This document shows, piece by piece, positions 24,113 to 38,032 of a stretch of DNA of 64,000 bases; positions within the stretch are counted from its first letter, which is position 1; each line of letters begins with the position of its first letter. The stretch covers positions 44,888,001 through 44,952,000 of the forward strand of contig OX597834.1 in NCBI GenBank assembly GCA_951406725.2, read 5' to 3'. The DNA comes from Octopus vulgaris. Its lineage: Eukaryota. The notes under the pieces are model-generated. The model was not told the DNA's origin and ran no database searches. It worked only from the letters and a program-made list of their open reading frames with translations. Position numbers and translations under genes: made by a program.

Positions 24113-24223
24113 TGACAAACAATGACAGACAAACGGATTAAGTCGATTACATCGACCTCAGTGCGTAACTGGTACTTATTTAATCGACCCCGAAAGGATG
24201 AAAGGCAAAGTCGACCTCGGCGG
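24071..24223 (-). mobile_element. 5'-truncated family A SINE with 15-bp TSD
   Basis: The SINE body is flanked by AAAGTTAGACAGTTT at 24056-24070 and 24224-24238. Confidence 0.88.
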
Positions 24224-24529
24224 AAAGTTAGACAGTTTCTATCAGTGTCTTCATGTCTGTAATGGTGAGCAGATGTTTCTTAGTTAAAATTATGTTTTGG
24301 ACTCGGGAGAATCGTGCGTTTTTTGCTGAAAAGTTTATCATAAATTGTAAATCTGAGTTTCTTTTTTTTTTTTTCTGCCGCAAACTTGATAATGCTTACT
24401 TTTAGAAATGGTACAGATAGGCTCGAATTTCTCACGTTCTCCAGTAGCTTTTTTTTTTGCCTTATGTATGTTTATTTAAACGAGCATAAATTATTGCTTT
24501 TACAAGGTCAATAAATGTGGAGAAGTGAG

Positions 24530-25040
24530 AAAGTCGATTTGATCGAACCCACTGATCAGTTGATAATTACTTTATTGAATCCCCAATTATTGTCTGGCAT
24601 CTCGGCAGAAACTGAAATCACGATCTAAAGATGGACGGAATGTCACTAAACATGTTTTCCGGTGTGCAAACAATTCTACCGGCTCGCCACCCTAAACACG
24701 GATAAATAATTGACTGAAAATTGTGGCACAACGCCGGAAGGGGAAAATGAATTTCATCGACCATACCGCAGAAGTGGTACTTAATTTATTCACCCCGAAA
24801 GAATGAATCCAAAAGTGGACCCAGTTATAATTTGAAATTTGAACGTAAAGAAGGACAAAACACGCATAGATTATGGGTTTCAAAGTTTGGCACAAGGCCA
24901 GCGATGTCAGTGGCGGGGTTACGTCGATTAATTTGATCCCAATACTCGTCTCGTATTTATATTATCGACCCCGAAACTATGAAAGCGAAAGTCAACCTGC
25001 ACGGAATTTGAACTCAGAAATTAAAGACAGGCGAAACGCA
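24530..25040 (-). mobile_element. Cluster of three diverged family A SINE fragments
   Basis: Repeated GTCGATT...TACT..TT..ATCGACCCCGAAA...GAATTTGAACTCAG remnants at about 24530, 24750 and 24920. Confidence 0.65.
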
Positions 25041-25199
25041 AAGAAATTATTAAAATATATTTGCATGTGTCTGTTCAATCACACTGCTTACACGCATATC
25101 AATACTTACATAATTATATATTTGTAAGTGCATATCTATCTACCTATCTATATTTGTCTATCTATCTATCTATTATCTATCTATCTGTCTGTGTGTGTG

Positions 25200-25352
25200 T
25201 TTGGCTGTGTGGAAAGAAGCTTGCTGCTCAACCACATGGTTCGGGTTCGGTTCCACTGCGTGGAATCTTGGGCAAGTGTCGATGTATCCATACATACATA
25301 CATACCCATATATATATATCTGTAAAATATATACTGAGGGAAGCCCGTCGTA
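25200..25352 (+). mobile_element. Family B SINE 5' part
   Basis: TGGCTGTGTGGAAAGAAGCTTGC...CTTGGGCAAGTGTC...GAAGCCCGTCGTA. Confidence 0.75.
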
Positions 25353-25925
25353 CACACACACACATTTAGTTTACGTTTCCGTCATAGGTAGGATCTAGAA
25401 AATGCACTCCGTCGAGTGAGATGTAAATATCATTGAATATACGTGACACTGAGAAAACATGAGGAAAGAGAACAAAACGAACGTGAATGCTGGTGTTAAA
25501 AGTGAAACGAGAAGACATAAAAGAAAAGTATAAACCCGGGATCTTTATCACTTCCTGCCTGCTGAAATTAAAATTACTCTAGCTGGTGTAAAATAATATA
25601 ACGGAGAGGAGGCCAGAATCAATGAATATGTTTTTCAATCCGCTGAAAACCACGTCTTCCAATTTGACGAAAGAAATCTCTGCACCTGTTGGCATTTGCT
25701 AAAAATTCCGGATCTGATATTAAGTGGTGTGATACAATTCTAGGATCTAAAAAACAATATGCAATCTTTTAGCTGCAAATAACTAGCAGCTCTTTTATCC
25801 ACTTGTATGGCGTAGATTTCTCAAGGATTCTCCACTTCAAATCCCATACATGGCTAGCCAACTTTTGTATCTTCATTTTTATCAGTGTGTCGAAAACAAA
25901 ACTGGTTTGGCACAACTTTATTTAA

Positions 25926-26448
25926 CCCCTTGACGCCGGTATTACCCGAAGCATGCGAGACTCTACTCCGGGATGTTTTTATCTACTGAGGCCACACAAA
26001 CACACAAGTGCCAACGAGCTCGCATCTATTTCCGTTCACCGTTACAATAACATAGCGTCGTACATTTACGTCTCCCGGTTTATGAAAACGAACTATGTGA
26101 AGCTATTTATCATAATATGATATGCGCGAATTATTCTGCTCAAGTTCAGAAAATAGCTTGTGTGTGGTACGACTCAAAACACGGTATTATGCATGTAAAG
26201 TATCCGCATGCCATTGGTCTACTGCTAGTCTCAATACTTGAACGTAACCCAAAATAGCTAAGATAATGCACGGGACGGCGAGTCCGCGCACCTCAAGAGA
26301 TAAAGTACAAGATAGCGAACGTAAACATACGTTAGCCGCTAAAAAGTCCGGGATAGATGTAGGACAGCTCTACATCGTATATTTACGTTAACCGCGGGTA
26401 GGTAAGCAAAAGTGTGATCACATATTTGCGTCAACCGTTGTCAAGGGG
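25926..26448. mobile_element. piggyBac-type non-autonomous element (523 bp)
   Basis: TTAA|CCCCTTGACGCCGGT ... ACCGTTGTCAAGGGG|TTAA gives a TTAA duplication and 15-bp TIRs with 2 mismatches. The internal peptide KIACVWYDSKH resembles the piggyBac W-x-D-x-K motif. Confidence 0.8.
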
Positions 26449-27262
26449 TTAAAATTGCTTTCGCATATACCGGCATGATTATCCTTTGCAATTACATTAT
26501 ACTGGACAACGACTGTGACCTCCCCTCCAGAAACAACCGAGTTCATAAAACATATATGATTGAAAAGCCCAGCTTCAGGTCTCGATTGTTACAACTGAGA
26601 GTGGGCCTTTAGTGTGATTGTGAGTCATAATGCCACTTATACTTGGGCAGCAGCTGTATAATCCAGTGCTTTCGGGTTCGGTTCCGCATATCTCCGAGGG
26701 AGCCCTCGCGCCCGACTGCAATGATCTACACGAATACGTTTAATATATTTACTAACTAAAAAGTACTTGGATGGGCCAGAATTCACCGAATGTTACATTT
26801 TGTGAAGAATTTCAGATCGTTATTTACTGTTAGCGACAGGGTACGAACTGTCGTTACTCTCGATTCCTTCTGCGGCCGTCGTTCCATGGGATTATCAACC
26901 GGGAAAACTCCGTTTAATCCACTTAATGAATATGCAAACATCTGAGACACCCGAACGAGGAGCTTAAAACATCCATCATTAAAATTTAGACATTCTTGGA
27001 CAATATTTGCACATTAAAACTTCATAGATATTCGAGCATTGCTCTCGTATATCATGTTTGATATTCTTCGTTTGCTAACTTTCCGAGGAATTTGACAGCA
27101 TAATTACCGAGAGAGAAAGAAGAAAGTAAAAAGACTTACTTGGCCAAGCTTAGGAATTTATCTAAATAAGCCTGAATTTAGCTCGTAAGCACTTCACCGT
27201 TATTTTGACAAGATGAAGAGACTGATTATGTTTTGGTATCTGAAGAAAGTTTATTTGAAGTT

Positions 27263-27388
27263 TCTTCTTCTTCTTCTTCTTCTTCTTCTTCTTCTTCTTC
27301 TTCTTCTTCTTCTTCTTCTTCTCCTCCTCCTCCTCCTCCTTCTTCTTCTTCTTCTTCTTCTTCTTCTTCTTCTTCTTCTTCTTCTTCT
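27263..27388. repeat. (CTT)n/(CCT)n array
   Basis: Seen directly in the sequence. Confidence 0.95.
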
Positions 27389-28859
27389 TTTTGCTTGCGA
27401 AAACCTCTTCATCAAAATTCCGTTTCGTTGTCCTAGCCCTTTGCATAATGGCGAAAATACCTACTTTATCTACAAGTTGTTGGAGAGAAGTTTAATTAAA
27501 GGGTCAATAAATTCGACTGACTTTATTCCAAGAATGATTTATGGGAATAAGCCAACTAATGAATCACCCGTGTAGTTTACGTGATGCAGCAGTAAATAAG
27601 GAAAACGGAATACAGAACTCACATTTCTACGATGAAGCTTCATACAGTTCCCTCTCACAAACTAACCAACGGCTGCATGAAAGAAATGAGAAAACAACTG
27701 AAGAACAAGGACAATACTCACAAATTAAGATTGATACACGTGGTCCCTCTGAGTAGCTCTGACATACATTGCCAAGAGTTTACGACAGTGAGTATATTCT
27801 AAAATGCGTCTGTCTGTTTGTCTCTTGGTTTAACTGTTCCTCTGTTTGCTGGTGTGCTTTACGTCTTTGTCTTCTCTCCTTTCAACTCCGCTGTGCATAC
27901 ATGCGTTTAGTGATGTATAAATACATAACTATAGAATCGATAAAATAAGTGTGAACAAAAATCGAATGAAATGTCTCACAAATTAAGTGATATCTCTATG
28001 CAGCCTTTGAAATGTTTTCACTTTCAGGATATCAACGTACGTCAGTAAATATATTGCAAAAGATAAAGGTGCTGAAAAGCAAGAGAAACGACTCACAAAG
28101 TATGAAGAATCTGTATGAACCCTTTGAAACTCTGTGATATCCATAACTAACATTGAAGTTTGTGAATACACGAAATATAGCTACAATAATGTCGAAGTAA
28201 GCAAAAAAAAAAAAAAAACTATAGGGAAAACTCTAAATGTAAGTGATATCTATATGTAGCCTCTGATATTCAGGACTAAAAGTGTTCGTCAGTGAAAATT
28301 AAAAACGATGACAAATGGTAACTAAAGACATTGGAGAAAAAAGAGTCACAAATTTATCGGGATCCAGAAATACCGAATTGCTCCGGATTTTCAGGACGAC
28401 CTGTGGACGTCTGTGGTATGCACTAAAATCAAATGTATATATTCAACACATTGATGAGTGTTTTGTTTGTTGCTTCAGTTCCGTCAGTGGTGATGTACTT
28501 CAACCGTCTCAGTCGCCTGCGTGAAAGTGGGATACTTATTTATCATTTTTGTATGAATATTACCTCAACATTGTTGCATTGTATATGTGAAATGTAGCGC
28601 TGGCTGCGTGGATAAAATCTGAAGCAAATTCACGAACGATTAACGGTAATATTTATTGCCGAACATAATATATTTGGTGCTGAATGATATCAATAATTGC
28701 TGATTAAGAGGAGAGGAGAGTTCTCGGTGAATGTAGGACGCTATCTGTGGGATATCATATGGTGTAACCGAGTGACAGGAGTTGTCTACGCGAAAGTGCG
28801 AGGTTGTCTATGGCATAAGCGATCCGTCGGACTTTTGGATTCTGAGATAAGCACTAAAG

Positions 28860-28975
28860 TTTTAGCAGGGACAAAGGGCCAAATATTAGAATATTCGAGA
28901 ATGCCAAACCACGCCACAACTTCAGGCTGCATGGTTGATCTCCGGATGAATAACGTGAATTCGTGCTGGCTCACG
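28860..28975 (-). mobile_element. Possible very old Tc1/mariner-like transposase fragment
   Basis: Reverse-strand peptides RIHVIHPE and QPEVVAWFGILEYSNIWPFV loosely resemble the HP.KV.VW.GI....IIGPFF motif. Confidence 0.3.
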
Positions 28976-29505
28976 TGTGATATCTAAACGAGTATATAGT
29001 GATTTGAGTTCGAATCCCCGCTACAGCATAAATTGAGTTATAGAACAAGAGAAAAGATTCACAAATAAAAACATAGGCATGAACACTTTGAAATGTTCTG
29101 ATGTTCAGTAGGAAGAGAGTATATCTGTGAATATATAGTGATATCGAACATGAATATATAAGCCAAACATCAAAAGAAAAATCCCACATTTAGGGGTAGC
29201 TATATGAACCGACTGAGATTCTCCGATATGTATGATTTAGAGTGTTCGTCAGCAAACGAATATTTAATAAAAAGAAGTGTACTATAAAAGCGATAAATGG
29301 ATGAAGTGAAAACTGATGGAAAGACACAAAAATTGAGGGGCATTTCTTGTTAGCCTCTGACATGCTCCGATATTTACAAAGAAGATTCCACGTCAATGAA
29401 TATATCCCGTGATCACGTGATCGACCAGACAATGGGATGTTGTTATACAACGCTGGCCACAATGCGCTTTGCAACATTGCAGGAGGAGGCGGAGGAAAGA
29501 AAAAA

Positions 29506-29551
<46 letters not shown>

Positions 29552-29644
29552 AGAAGAAGAAGAAGAAGAAGATATAACAACAACAAGAGCAACAACAGTA
29601 AAAGGAACAAATGATTCATTTTAAATCTATCCCCTTCTCGAACT

Positions 29645-29950
29645 GCTAAGTTACTAGCACATTAACAAACCAACACCATTCATTGAGGGGTGACAAGGAG
29701 ACACAAATACAAGCACATACAAAGAACACACACATACACAAACACACATACGCAAAAACAAACAAACATACACACACGCACTCACACATACACGTAACAG
29801 TTTTTTTTCCACGCAGTTTCTGCCGACCGAAACCACTCATCGGGATTTGGTCGTCCAGTGGGTTTGGTGGAAGACAGTTGCCCAAGTCCCTGCTGAGCAG
29901 GACTGAACTCGGAACCGTGTGGTTAGGAAGCCAACTACTTCACCATAGAG
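29645..29950 (-). mobile_element. Family B SINE, diverged
   Basis: GAACTGCTAAGTTAC...ACACCA...CAGTTTCTGCCGACC...GACTGAACTCGGAACCGTGTGGTT. Confidence 0.7.
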
Positions 29951-30054
29951 CGAATGCGCATTTGAACATGTTCGTGCCTGTGAGTGTGTCAATATGTACA
30001 AAGATATTGTGTGCTTTGCACATCTTATCAAACACAGCGTTGAGCAAAGCCATT

Positions 30055-30530
30055 ATCTCCACCATTACCACAACCACCATTACCACCACCGACACTACAA
30101 CCACCAACACTACCACCACCACTACCACCACAGACATTATCAACGTCGTCGTTATCATCATCAGCATTACTATCATCGTCATTATCGTCCTCAATTTTAT
30201 CGCTATCTTTATAGTCGTTAATAGTAACATCATGATCATAATCATCATCACTATCACCAACCCTATGATTATCATCATCATCATCTCCATCAGCAGCAGC
30301 AGCATCGTCAACTCCATCATCAGCTTCATAGTCGTCATCATTATGATCAATCTCCTCTACTCCATCATCATCGTTATTATCATCATCGTCATCATCACCA
30401 TCATCATGAAAAACATGAGGGAGTAGGAGGAGAAGGAGGAGGTAAGAAAATGAAGGAGGAGAAAGAGGAGGGTAGGAGAAGAAGGAGAACAACAGCAACA
30501 ACAAAAACAATAACAACAAAAACAACAACA
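30055..30530. repeat. Degenerate (CAC/CAT/GAG/CAA)n low-complexity region
   Basis: Seen directly. It explains the Thr/Ile/His-rich ORFs here. Confidence 0.85.
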
Positions 30531-31397
30531 TCAGCAGTTACAGTAAAAGAAAAAAAAAGCAATGCTTCAGCATGGCCTCAGCCTCTGGCTGAAATCAGTA
30601 AGACAATAAGAGTATAACAAGCACAAAAGCAGCAACAGCAACAACAACAACACCACCACCACCAACAACAACAACAGCAACAACAATTAGAACGGCAGCA
30701 ATTTAAACATAAATAATTCTTATATGACAAGCATTGCTTAACTGCAAACAAATCCTCACTGCAGCGCATATTTTTACGCAAACAGTCACGATTTACTACA
30801 TTACTGGTGCACTGCTATTACTGGCGCATTAGCGGACTTGCAAATATCTTTGTAATGCGCTTAACTGCACCAATGCAAGTGCGTGACAAGTTATGAAGCT
30901 TCCTTAATCGGTCCTTAGTAAGAACCGGAAGTACACTAACGTCACCTCTCCTCCCCACTGGCTCACCATTATATGCGATATTCCATCCCTAAGCACACGC
31001 ACGCACACACACACATGGGCACATATACTCACAGGCATTCACTTTCACACACATATGCATGGCTCCATAATCGTTATCATATTTACGTAACATCAATACT
31101 AAGTAATAAAGAATACATTTATTCGATGTATCGCACCAACATGGCTTCCTTCTGTGCATTAACTCGTATTCACATCTGTTTGTCTGTGAGTCTGCCAGTC
31201 GGTGTGTCCGTCTGTCGGTCTCTCGGTCTGCCGGTGTGTTCAATTGTGTCTCTTGTTTCTCCCCTTCAAACTTCGCAGCACATCCATGCCTGAATATGTA
31301 AGTATATATATATATAAATGCATACATACATACGTACATACATGCATACATACATACATACATACATACATACATACATACATGGATACATACATAT

Positions 31398-31428
<31 letters not shown>

Positions 31429-31590
31429 CATACATACATATACGCATACATACATGGGTGGCCAAAGGTCACCTCGCAGCAAATGAAAGCCATTTAATTC
31501 CTAGATTTATTTACGTTTATCAATTGAATGAATATAATAAAAAACGTCTAAATATGAAACATCATGAAACTTGGGCAAACTGATGTTTTT

Positions 31591-31620
31591 CAAGATTCCG
31601 AGTTCGATTCCAGGCACTGA

Positions 31621-31665
<45 letters not shown>

Positions 31666-31853
31666 GAAGAAGAAGAAGAAGAAGAAGAACAACAACAACA
31701 ACATCGAAAAATAACTTAGGAGTGAGAACCCAGGTTCGAACTTTTCCCGAGACTCATGATGAAGGCTGGAGGGTATATCAACCGGAATGTTGTGCTAACA
31801 ACAAACAAGATGAGGACAAATATCCGTCAAATGTAAATGATGTAAATAATGTA
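31591..31853 (+). mobile_element. tRNA-headed, hammerhead-bearing retroposon (family H2), copy 2, 5'-truncated
   Basis: CAAGATTCCGAGTTCGATTCCAGGCACTGACCTGA, then (TAA/GAA/CAA)n, then CTTAGGAGTGAGAACCCAGGTTCGAA...CATGATGAAGGCTGGAGGGTATATCAACCGGAATGTTGTG...GAGGACAAATATCCGTC...TGTAAATAAT. This is colinear with 13103-13360. Confidence 0.78.
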
Positions 31854-32088
31854 TCAAAATTATTCTTTATATGAATGGATGTTGTTTGTCCAAGTGTAAA
31901 ATGGTATATTTCGGAAATTTAGTCGGCTAATCATTAAATGTCAGATAGCGGGAAATAATTTTATAATCCAACCTCTTCTCGGTTATTCGCAGGAATTTTC
32001 AGCGTGCCTCCAAAGTGCCATTTTATCCAATCCTAGTTTGAAAATGTTCCGTCACTTTTTCCAATTGATAAGAGGAATTAGTCTGAAT

Positions 32089-32306
32089 GTTCTTTTCTTC
32101 TCTATGTACAATGTCCAACATTTTGTGGGAGGGGACCAGTCGATTAGATCGACCACAGTATGCAACTGGTACGTAATTGATCGACCCCGAAAGGATGAAA
32201 GGCAAAGTCGACCACGGCGGGATTTTGAACTCAGAACGCAAATACAGACGAAATACCGCTAAGCATTTCGCCCGTCGTGCTAACGGTTCTGTCAGCTCGC
32301 CGCCTG
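32089..32306 (-). mobile_element. Family A SINE, full length, 18-bp TSD
   Basis: AGAGGAATTAGTCTGAAT occurs at 32071-32088 and 32307-32324. Confidence 0.9.
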
Positions 32307-33313
32307 AGAGGAATTAGTCTGAATATACCGCTTTTCTTGTTTTCCACATCACCGAGAGCCTAGGTACCTTCCGGATTTATAGACATAATCTCTACGGCGG
32401 GATGCAGGTTAGTTTCCTAATTCAATTCTTTAATATGAATCCCAACGATGTGTAACTAAAAATAATTTTTACATTCTTTAGTTGTAAATCGGAACTGCAC
32501 CTTATCTCCAAATCCTCATCCCTTTCACGTTAGTCCTAAGCGGTGTTTGAGCAGAGAACATTTAGCTAATTTATAAGCAATACTTATATGAGCTTGTTCA
32601 ATAATATTCATAGTCTCAGTAAAGCTTGGGAAACCAGGCGGAACATGTTATGCTAGCTGCATTTCATAGGACCAAATAAAAGGGAGTCACGAGTACTCTA
32701 GCCTGCGGCCCTCGGGAGATTTGATGGAGATAAGGATGGATGGACGGAATGGAATGGATAGATGCATGCATGCATGCATGCATACACTCAGCATAATTAC
32801 AAACATTTACGTACAGTACATTCAACAAAAGGGTGACCTGTTATCCAGGTCTCCCTAAAGGCTCCCCATCGAATCAGACACCGCATTGAATTAGAATACG
32901 CCAAGATCAGGCTAAAAATATAAAAATCTGTGTGAAAAACACTAGTTTTGATCTCCATCAGAAACCGTCGACAACCTCCCTTGAGAGGAGTTGATCTATG
33001 CTTATACATACCATATGCATATTTCATTGACATTTTTTTTATATATTGCATCAAATCTCATGCAGGGATATATCCGCAAATTTTATGTCTCAGGGGAGAC
33101 ATTAAACTTGACAGTATATATATATATATATATATCCACCCAAGGTTATAGCAATATTTGTTGTTGGTGTTATTGTTTGTGCATATGAGTGACATAACAG
33201 TCAATCTCCTATGTAGATAACAGTAAATGGATCTGTGCATGTATGTGTATACATTCCTCTTTCACATATAGAGAGTCACTCTCTCTTTCTCTCTCTGTAT
33301 ATATACATATATA

Positions 33314-33369
<56 letters not shown>

Positions 33370-34266
33370 GGAGAGGAAGAGAGAGAAAGGTAGACAAAGA
33401 AAAAAAGAGAGAGAGAGATGTACAAGTCTGTATAATTATAATACATACGTATAAGTGTGTGTGTAATATATCTGTATGTATGTATATTTTGTGTATGCAT
33501 GTATGCAAGTACGTTCAGATGGATACAGGAGCATTTCTCTGCGAATAGATATGGTTAGACGGATTATATAGAGATAGAAAGATAGATAGATAAACATTTG
33601 GAGAGAACGGAGGTATCAATGAGGTGTCAATGACATTAACACATGTGTGTGTGTGTGTATGGGTTAGTATGTAGTTATACGTTTTGGTATGTGTTGAAGT
33701 GTGCGAATATATTAAATAAAAGGAATGGAAATAATATAGAGAAATACATACATACACGATGATAGGTGAAGGTAGACATATACTGAAGAAATACATATAT
33801 AGGCATGTATGTGCGTGAGCATCTAAGTTTCTCTCTCTCTCTCACTCATTCACTCTCTCACTCTCTCTCTCGCCCCTTCTCTCTCTTTCCCTCTAAGTCT
33901 CTGTATATATGTAAATATATATATATATATATTTATATATAATATGCGTATAAGTGTGCTTCTGTGTGTGCGTGTGTACATGAGGCAGTATGGGTATAAA
34001 ATGGCGTATGTGCTTATACAGATAATTGTAAATGTGTGAACATAGAGCAATGACTTTGAATATATAATAATCTATTTATGAGAACACTTATCTACATGCC
34101 TGACTATATGTACATACATACATATATTTGTGTGTGTATATTTGTGCGTATGTAAGCGTATGTGTGTATGTGTGTGTATACATACATATGTATCTATATT
34201 TATATATGCATATATACATATATATATACATATAATTACACACACTCATATATATACATGCATACA

Positions 34267-34304
<38 letters not shown>

Positions 34305-35479
34305 CATACAAACATGCATATCTACACAATTATATACATACCTAGCTACAAATTTACCCTGCTATCTTTCTCTTTATATTTATATGTACTTACCTGTACA
34401 TCTGTTTGTCTATATATCTATTCATTCACACATATGCATTTGCAAATATGGACACATATGCTAAAGAGACACACAAGCACGGTTATGCTTTCTCTCACAC
34501 ACACAAACTCACATAAACACACACACGCATACAGGCCCTTGCATACATAATCATTCATATTGCACACGGAATAAAAATTGACGGTCTTTGTATGAGCGAG
34601 CTAGATCCTTTGAACTGCTTTCAGCCTCTCAGAGTTTTCGAGTAAGTTTTTCGGAAAATATTTGAACACACAAGTTACATAAAACAAAAACCAATAACAT
34701 AACAAAAAAAAACCAGCATCCAAAAAAGAACCTAAAATAAAATATGAAAATGAAAAAAAAAACATGATACAAAAATATTAAACAACGAAATACTACTCCA
34801 ATCACTCCAGCACCTCTCACCATCAGCTCCGCCAAATAATAACCAAAATATATCACGAAAAAACGAAGAAAATTACAAACAAGAGAAAACCAAAAGCTAA
34901 ATATAAATAAATAAACAAATATACCTTCTAAAATAAAAGACACAGTAGAAAAACAGCTAAAACAAATATGGCGTTTATGATGTGTGAGAATATCTACTTC
35001 TACGTAGCAGCCATATTGGTTTGTCCTCTTAATGTAGTTATATCATTATATAAAATATAGCCGGGGAGTTTTAACTGCCGCTTGCTTGTGGTAACAGTTT
35101 TACTGTCATCTCTATAATAATGTACTAAGCAAATTTCCAGCGCACAAACCTTTCATGGCGCTGTTTAGTTTGTGAATGCAATATATAAATGATCTGTTTA
35201 GACGGATTCAGAATATCGATAAAGGAAGGTGAAGAGAGACTGGGTGGAAATTGAAAATTCGCTTTATGTTCTCATGATCAATTTCTGAATGAGTATGCGT
35301 ATGTAAAATTGTGGATATTGGTGTCTGGCTGGTATGTATGCGTGGTTCTGTGTTTGCGCAGTATATATGCTTAAAGAACGCACATTCCTATCTCTTTCTC
35401 ACACTCTCACGACATTTCTTTCTCTCTTCCTGTCTATTTCCCTTCCTCTCTCCTTTCCTCTCTCTCTCTGCACACACAG

Positions 35480-35526
<47 letters not shown>

Positions 35527-35539
35527 CGTACATACATGC

Positions 35540-35571
<32 letters not shown>

Positions 35572-35656
35572 GTATATATATATGTGTGTATATATGTATA
35601 TAAATATGTATAAGTGCATACATAAGTATGTGTATCTATCTGTCTATAAACACACG

Positions 35657-35690
<34 letters not shown>

Positions 35691-35861
35691 CGTAGACACG
35701 CACAAGCATATACATATATAGTGAAAAAATATATATATATATTTACCTATATATATCCATAAATAATTGACATAGAGTTACATACATTGACAGCACATAG
35801 GGAAGGATACATATGTAAAGATATCTATATCATTATAGTTATGCACATACATGCACTTATG

Positions 35862-35892
<31 letters not shown>

Positions 35893-36172
35893 GTACGTAC
35901 GTGAGCATATATATATCTATCTATTTAGATATATATATATAGTTAAACAGATATACATACATAGATACACACATCCATCCATCCATACATACACATATGC
36001 ATACATACAATCATAAATACATAAATACATACGTGCATGCATATACACAGCACACGGGCATCGGATATTATACACGCATCCACTTGCACACACTCAGATC
36101 TATCTTTATATATACATAATTTTATAGATATTTATAGACCTTAAATGTATCCATCTCTTCATGTATACATAC

Positions 36173-36207
<35 letters not shown>

Positions 36208-36224
36208 TACACACACACACACAT

Positions 36225-36271
<47 letters not shown>

Positions 36272-36683
36272 CTCATTGGAACGCAGTATCTATTTTCTAG
36301 ATATTTTAGGTATATATAGATTACTTCCTCCTCAATTTCCACTGACTTTTTATCTTCCCTTCCGTTCACCTATGTCTGATGAGCGGAACAATTTGCATAG
36401 CATATTTACGCACCTAAAATGACACCTATGTTTTCAAAGCAGGAATTAGGAGTATTCACCCATGTACTACTTGAAATGAAACTGTGAAGTCCTCTAACAC
36501 TAAAAATCTAATGTAATACTACGTATGTATGTATTTACGTATGCATGTATGCATATATATATGTATGTATGTACATTTGGATGTGTATATGGCTGAATGT
36601 GTGTTTATGTATGTATCAACGGTATGTGTGCATGTATGTATTTTTCTATACATAAATTTAGATGTATATGTCCTTGTGTACCG

Positions 36684-36717
<34 letters not shown>

Positions 36718-36756
36718 CCATTCATATTTCTCTCTATCCGTCTGTCTACCTACAAA

Positions 36757-36787
<31 letters not shown>

Positions 36788-36866
36788 ACATATATCCATA
36801 TATCTATCCATCGATGGATCATTTGATCAGTCGGTTGATGAATCTGACATTCAACCAATCTATGTT

Positions 36867-36985
<119 letters not shown>

Positions 36986-38032
36986 GTCTATCTGTCTATC
37001 TACCCATCTATCGATTTTCTATCGATATCTGTTTTTTTTTTCTAAATGGAAACATACAAACTCACATGCATATTTACACACACATACACACATGTATATG
37101 AATTGATTGAACAGTGGACCTCGAAGTATACACATTTCTATATATTGATAACACCTAGAAGAGGGTGCTTCTTTTCCATTCACCAAAGCGAATCGAGCTT
37201 TGGCCAGCAATAACTGATGCCATCCCAGATTATCCAGCGATCATCAGGTGTTTCGACCATGAAGCGTAAAAAGCCTCCCAATGGTTGGCCAGCAGATTTG
37301 ACTAATTGACTGCTTTTGTCTCTTTCTCACTTCCAGCTTAACTCCCCTTAATAACCAAAATGTCACCCTTTCTGCTGCATCATGCATCCTGTAACAGCCA
37401 CCCTTCGCTCCTTTCATCTCATTTGCATGTAATTATTGCCTCATGTCCACTGTTCTTCGGGCATTTCCCTTTTTCTCATCGATTTCATTCTGTCTTTTTT
37501 CCACTTCGGAAGAAAGATATAGTAAAATTAACTCTTCCTGTTTTCTCTCAATCTCAAATAAATATTATTCATTCTCAATTTATCCCTGTTGATGTATTTT
37601 TTGTATTTTGGTTTGTTCACCGCATTTTCCCGTCCAATTGGTTCTGAATAAAATATTCAAACGCCATTATTTATAGCTTTTTCTGTTTTTGGTTCCAGCT
37701 TTGATCATATCTCTCGGACTTCTAAGTTTGTATATACATACAAACACACATACATATATACACATATATATGTATGTATATTTGTTTGTGTGCGTATATA
37801 TGTATATGCATGTCTATTGAACGCTATAGACACTGTTGATTTTTTCTTTTCGTTCCTACTCCAAAAGTAACATATTCGTTGTGTAATTTCGCCAAATGGC
37901 GAAACACATGTTGAGAATGAGACTGAGAAACCCACAATTTTGCTCTTTAAAGAACATACGAAACCAATCTCGCAAGTTCATGTTAAACTTTTTTTACGGA
38001 AAAGACGGAACGGAATATGATATTGTTATATA

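Noticed and set aside
26660-26740. GC-rich patch examined as an HDV-like ribozyme
   Set aside because: A P1-like pairing exists, but the P1.1, P2 and P3 topology could not be built.
34388-34396. Perfect CAG|GTAAGT donor on the minus strand
   Set aside because: It lies in degenerate microsatellite with no upstream pyrimidine tract. It illustrates the chance rate for such motifs.
36360-36392. CTGATGAGCGG core-like motif
   Set aside because: No stem II partner or GAAA follows, so it is at best an unrecognisable remnant.
37338-37394. Peptide ending SCIL* as a prenylation signal
   Set aside because: Only two residues follow the Cys, so it is not a CaaX box.
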